64,000 nucleotides of DNA, taken from contig NC_043000.1 of assembly GCF_006345805.1 (NCBI RefSeq), positions 101,308,001 through 101,372,000 of the forward strand. Direction: 5' to 3'. The stretch comes from Octopus sinensis (lineage: Eukaryota). The position numbers and the translations under genes were made by a program. Of the stretch, positions 63,843 through 64,000 are shown in pieces (positions within the stretch are counted from its first letter, which is position 1; every line of letters begins with the position of its first letter). The notes below the pieces were generated by a model. It had not been told where the DNA came from. It saw nothing but the letters and a program-made list of their open reading frames with translations, and searched no databases.

Positions 63843-63845
<3 letters not shown>
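62985..63845. mobile_element. Mariner derivative made of two opposed 5' (left) ends
   Basis: Plus strand from ATG 63170 reads MTEKVDQRICIKFCQKLG. Minus strand from ATG 63649 reads ...LQKVYGEECLS...VYKWFRRF...GRP...SAKFVPK. Both ends carry the same 5' leader 'ttgccatagtaa..aagctaaagcacaca...ttgaccttgaact'. Confidence 0.85.
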
Positions 63846-63877
<32 letters not shown>

Positions 63878-64000
63878 AGCTACTAATAGTTTCTTGCTGT
63901 GAAAGCACGTGGTTAGGAAAGACTTTATAACATGCCTTGTGTTTCCAAGCTGTTTTTAGGCTCTGGGCACTTAGTTCATTATGTTTGAAAATCAGGACAC

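Overview
This is a very AT-rich, microsatellite-laden eukaryotic window with no host protein-coding exon that I can support. Its repeat content points to a coleoid cephalopod, most likely Octopus (my inference, not verified by search). It reads as intronic or intergenic DNA built almost entirely from mobile elements. LINEs: a near-intact 5'-truncated RTE at 23.5-27.4 kb, whose RT carries an inserted C4HC3 PHD finger and whose 3' UTR is a higher-order repeat; many 3'-tail-only RTE copies; three CR1/L2-group fragments; an R4/Dong relic; and a Rex3/Expander-like relic. Other elements: two Penelope-like (GIY-YIG) relics, mariner relics including one made of two opposed left ends, Helentron/HINE-like elements, at least four tRNA-headed SINE families, and a 5S rRNA pseudogene. 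The most notable signal is a set of minimal type I hammerhead ribozyme motifs in unrelated sequence contexts. Three are well formed (13849-13895 -, 43682-43737 -, 46782-46860 +), one is a core variant inside a 150-bp palindrome (28040-28079 +), and several are decayed. They are probably Penelope pLTR or retrozyme derived. Nearly all listed short ORFs are microsatellite or antisense-repeat artefacts. Repeat boundaries are approximate (about +/-20 bp); hammerhead, hairpin and minisatellite coordinates were counted base by base.
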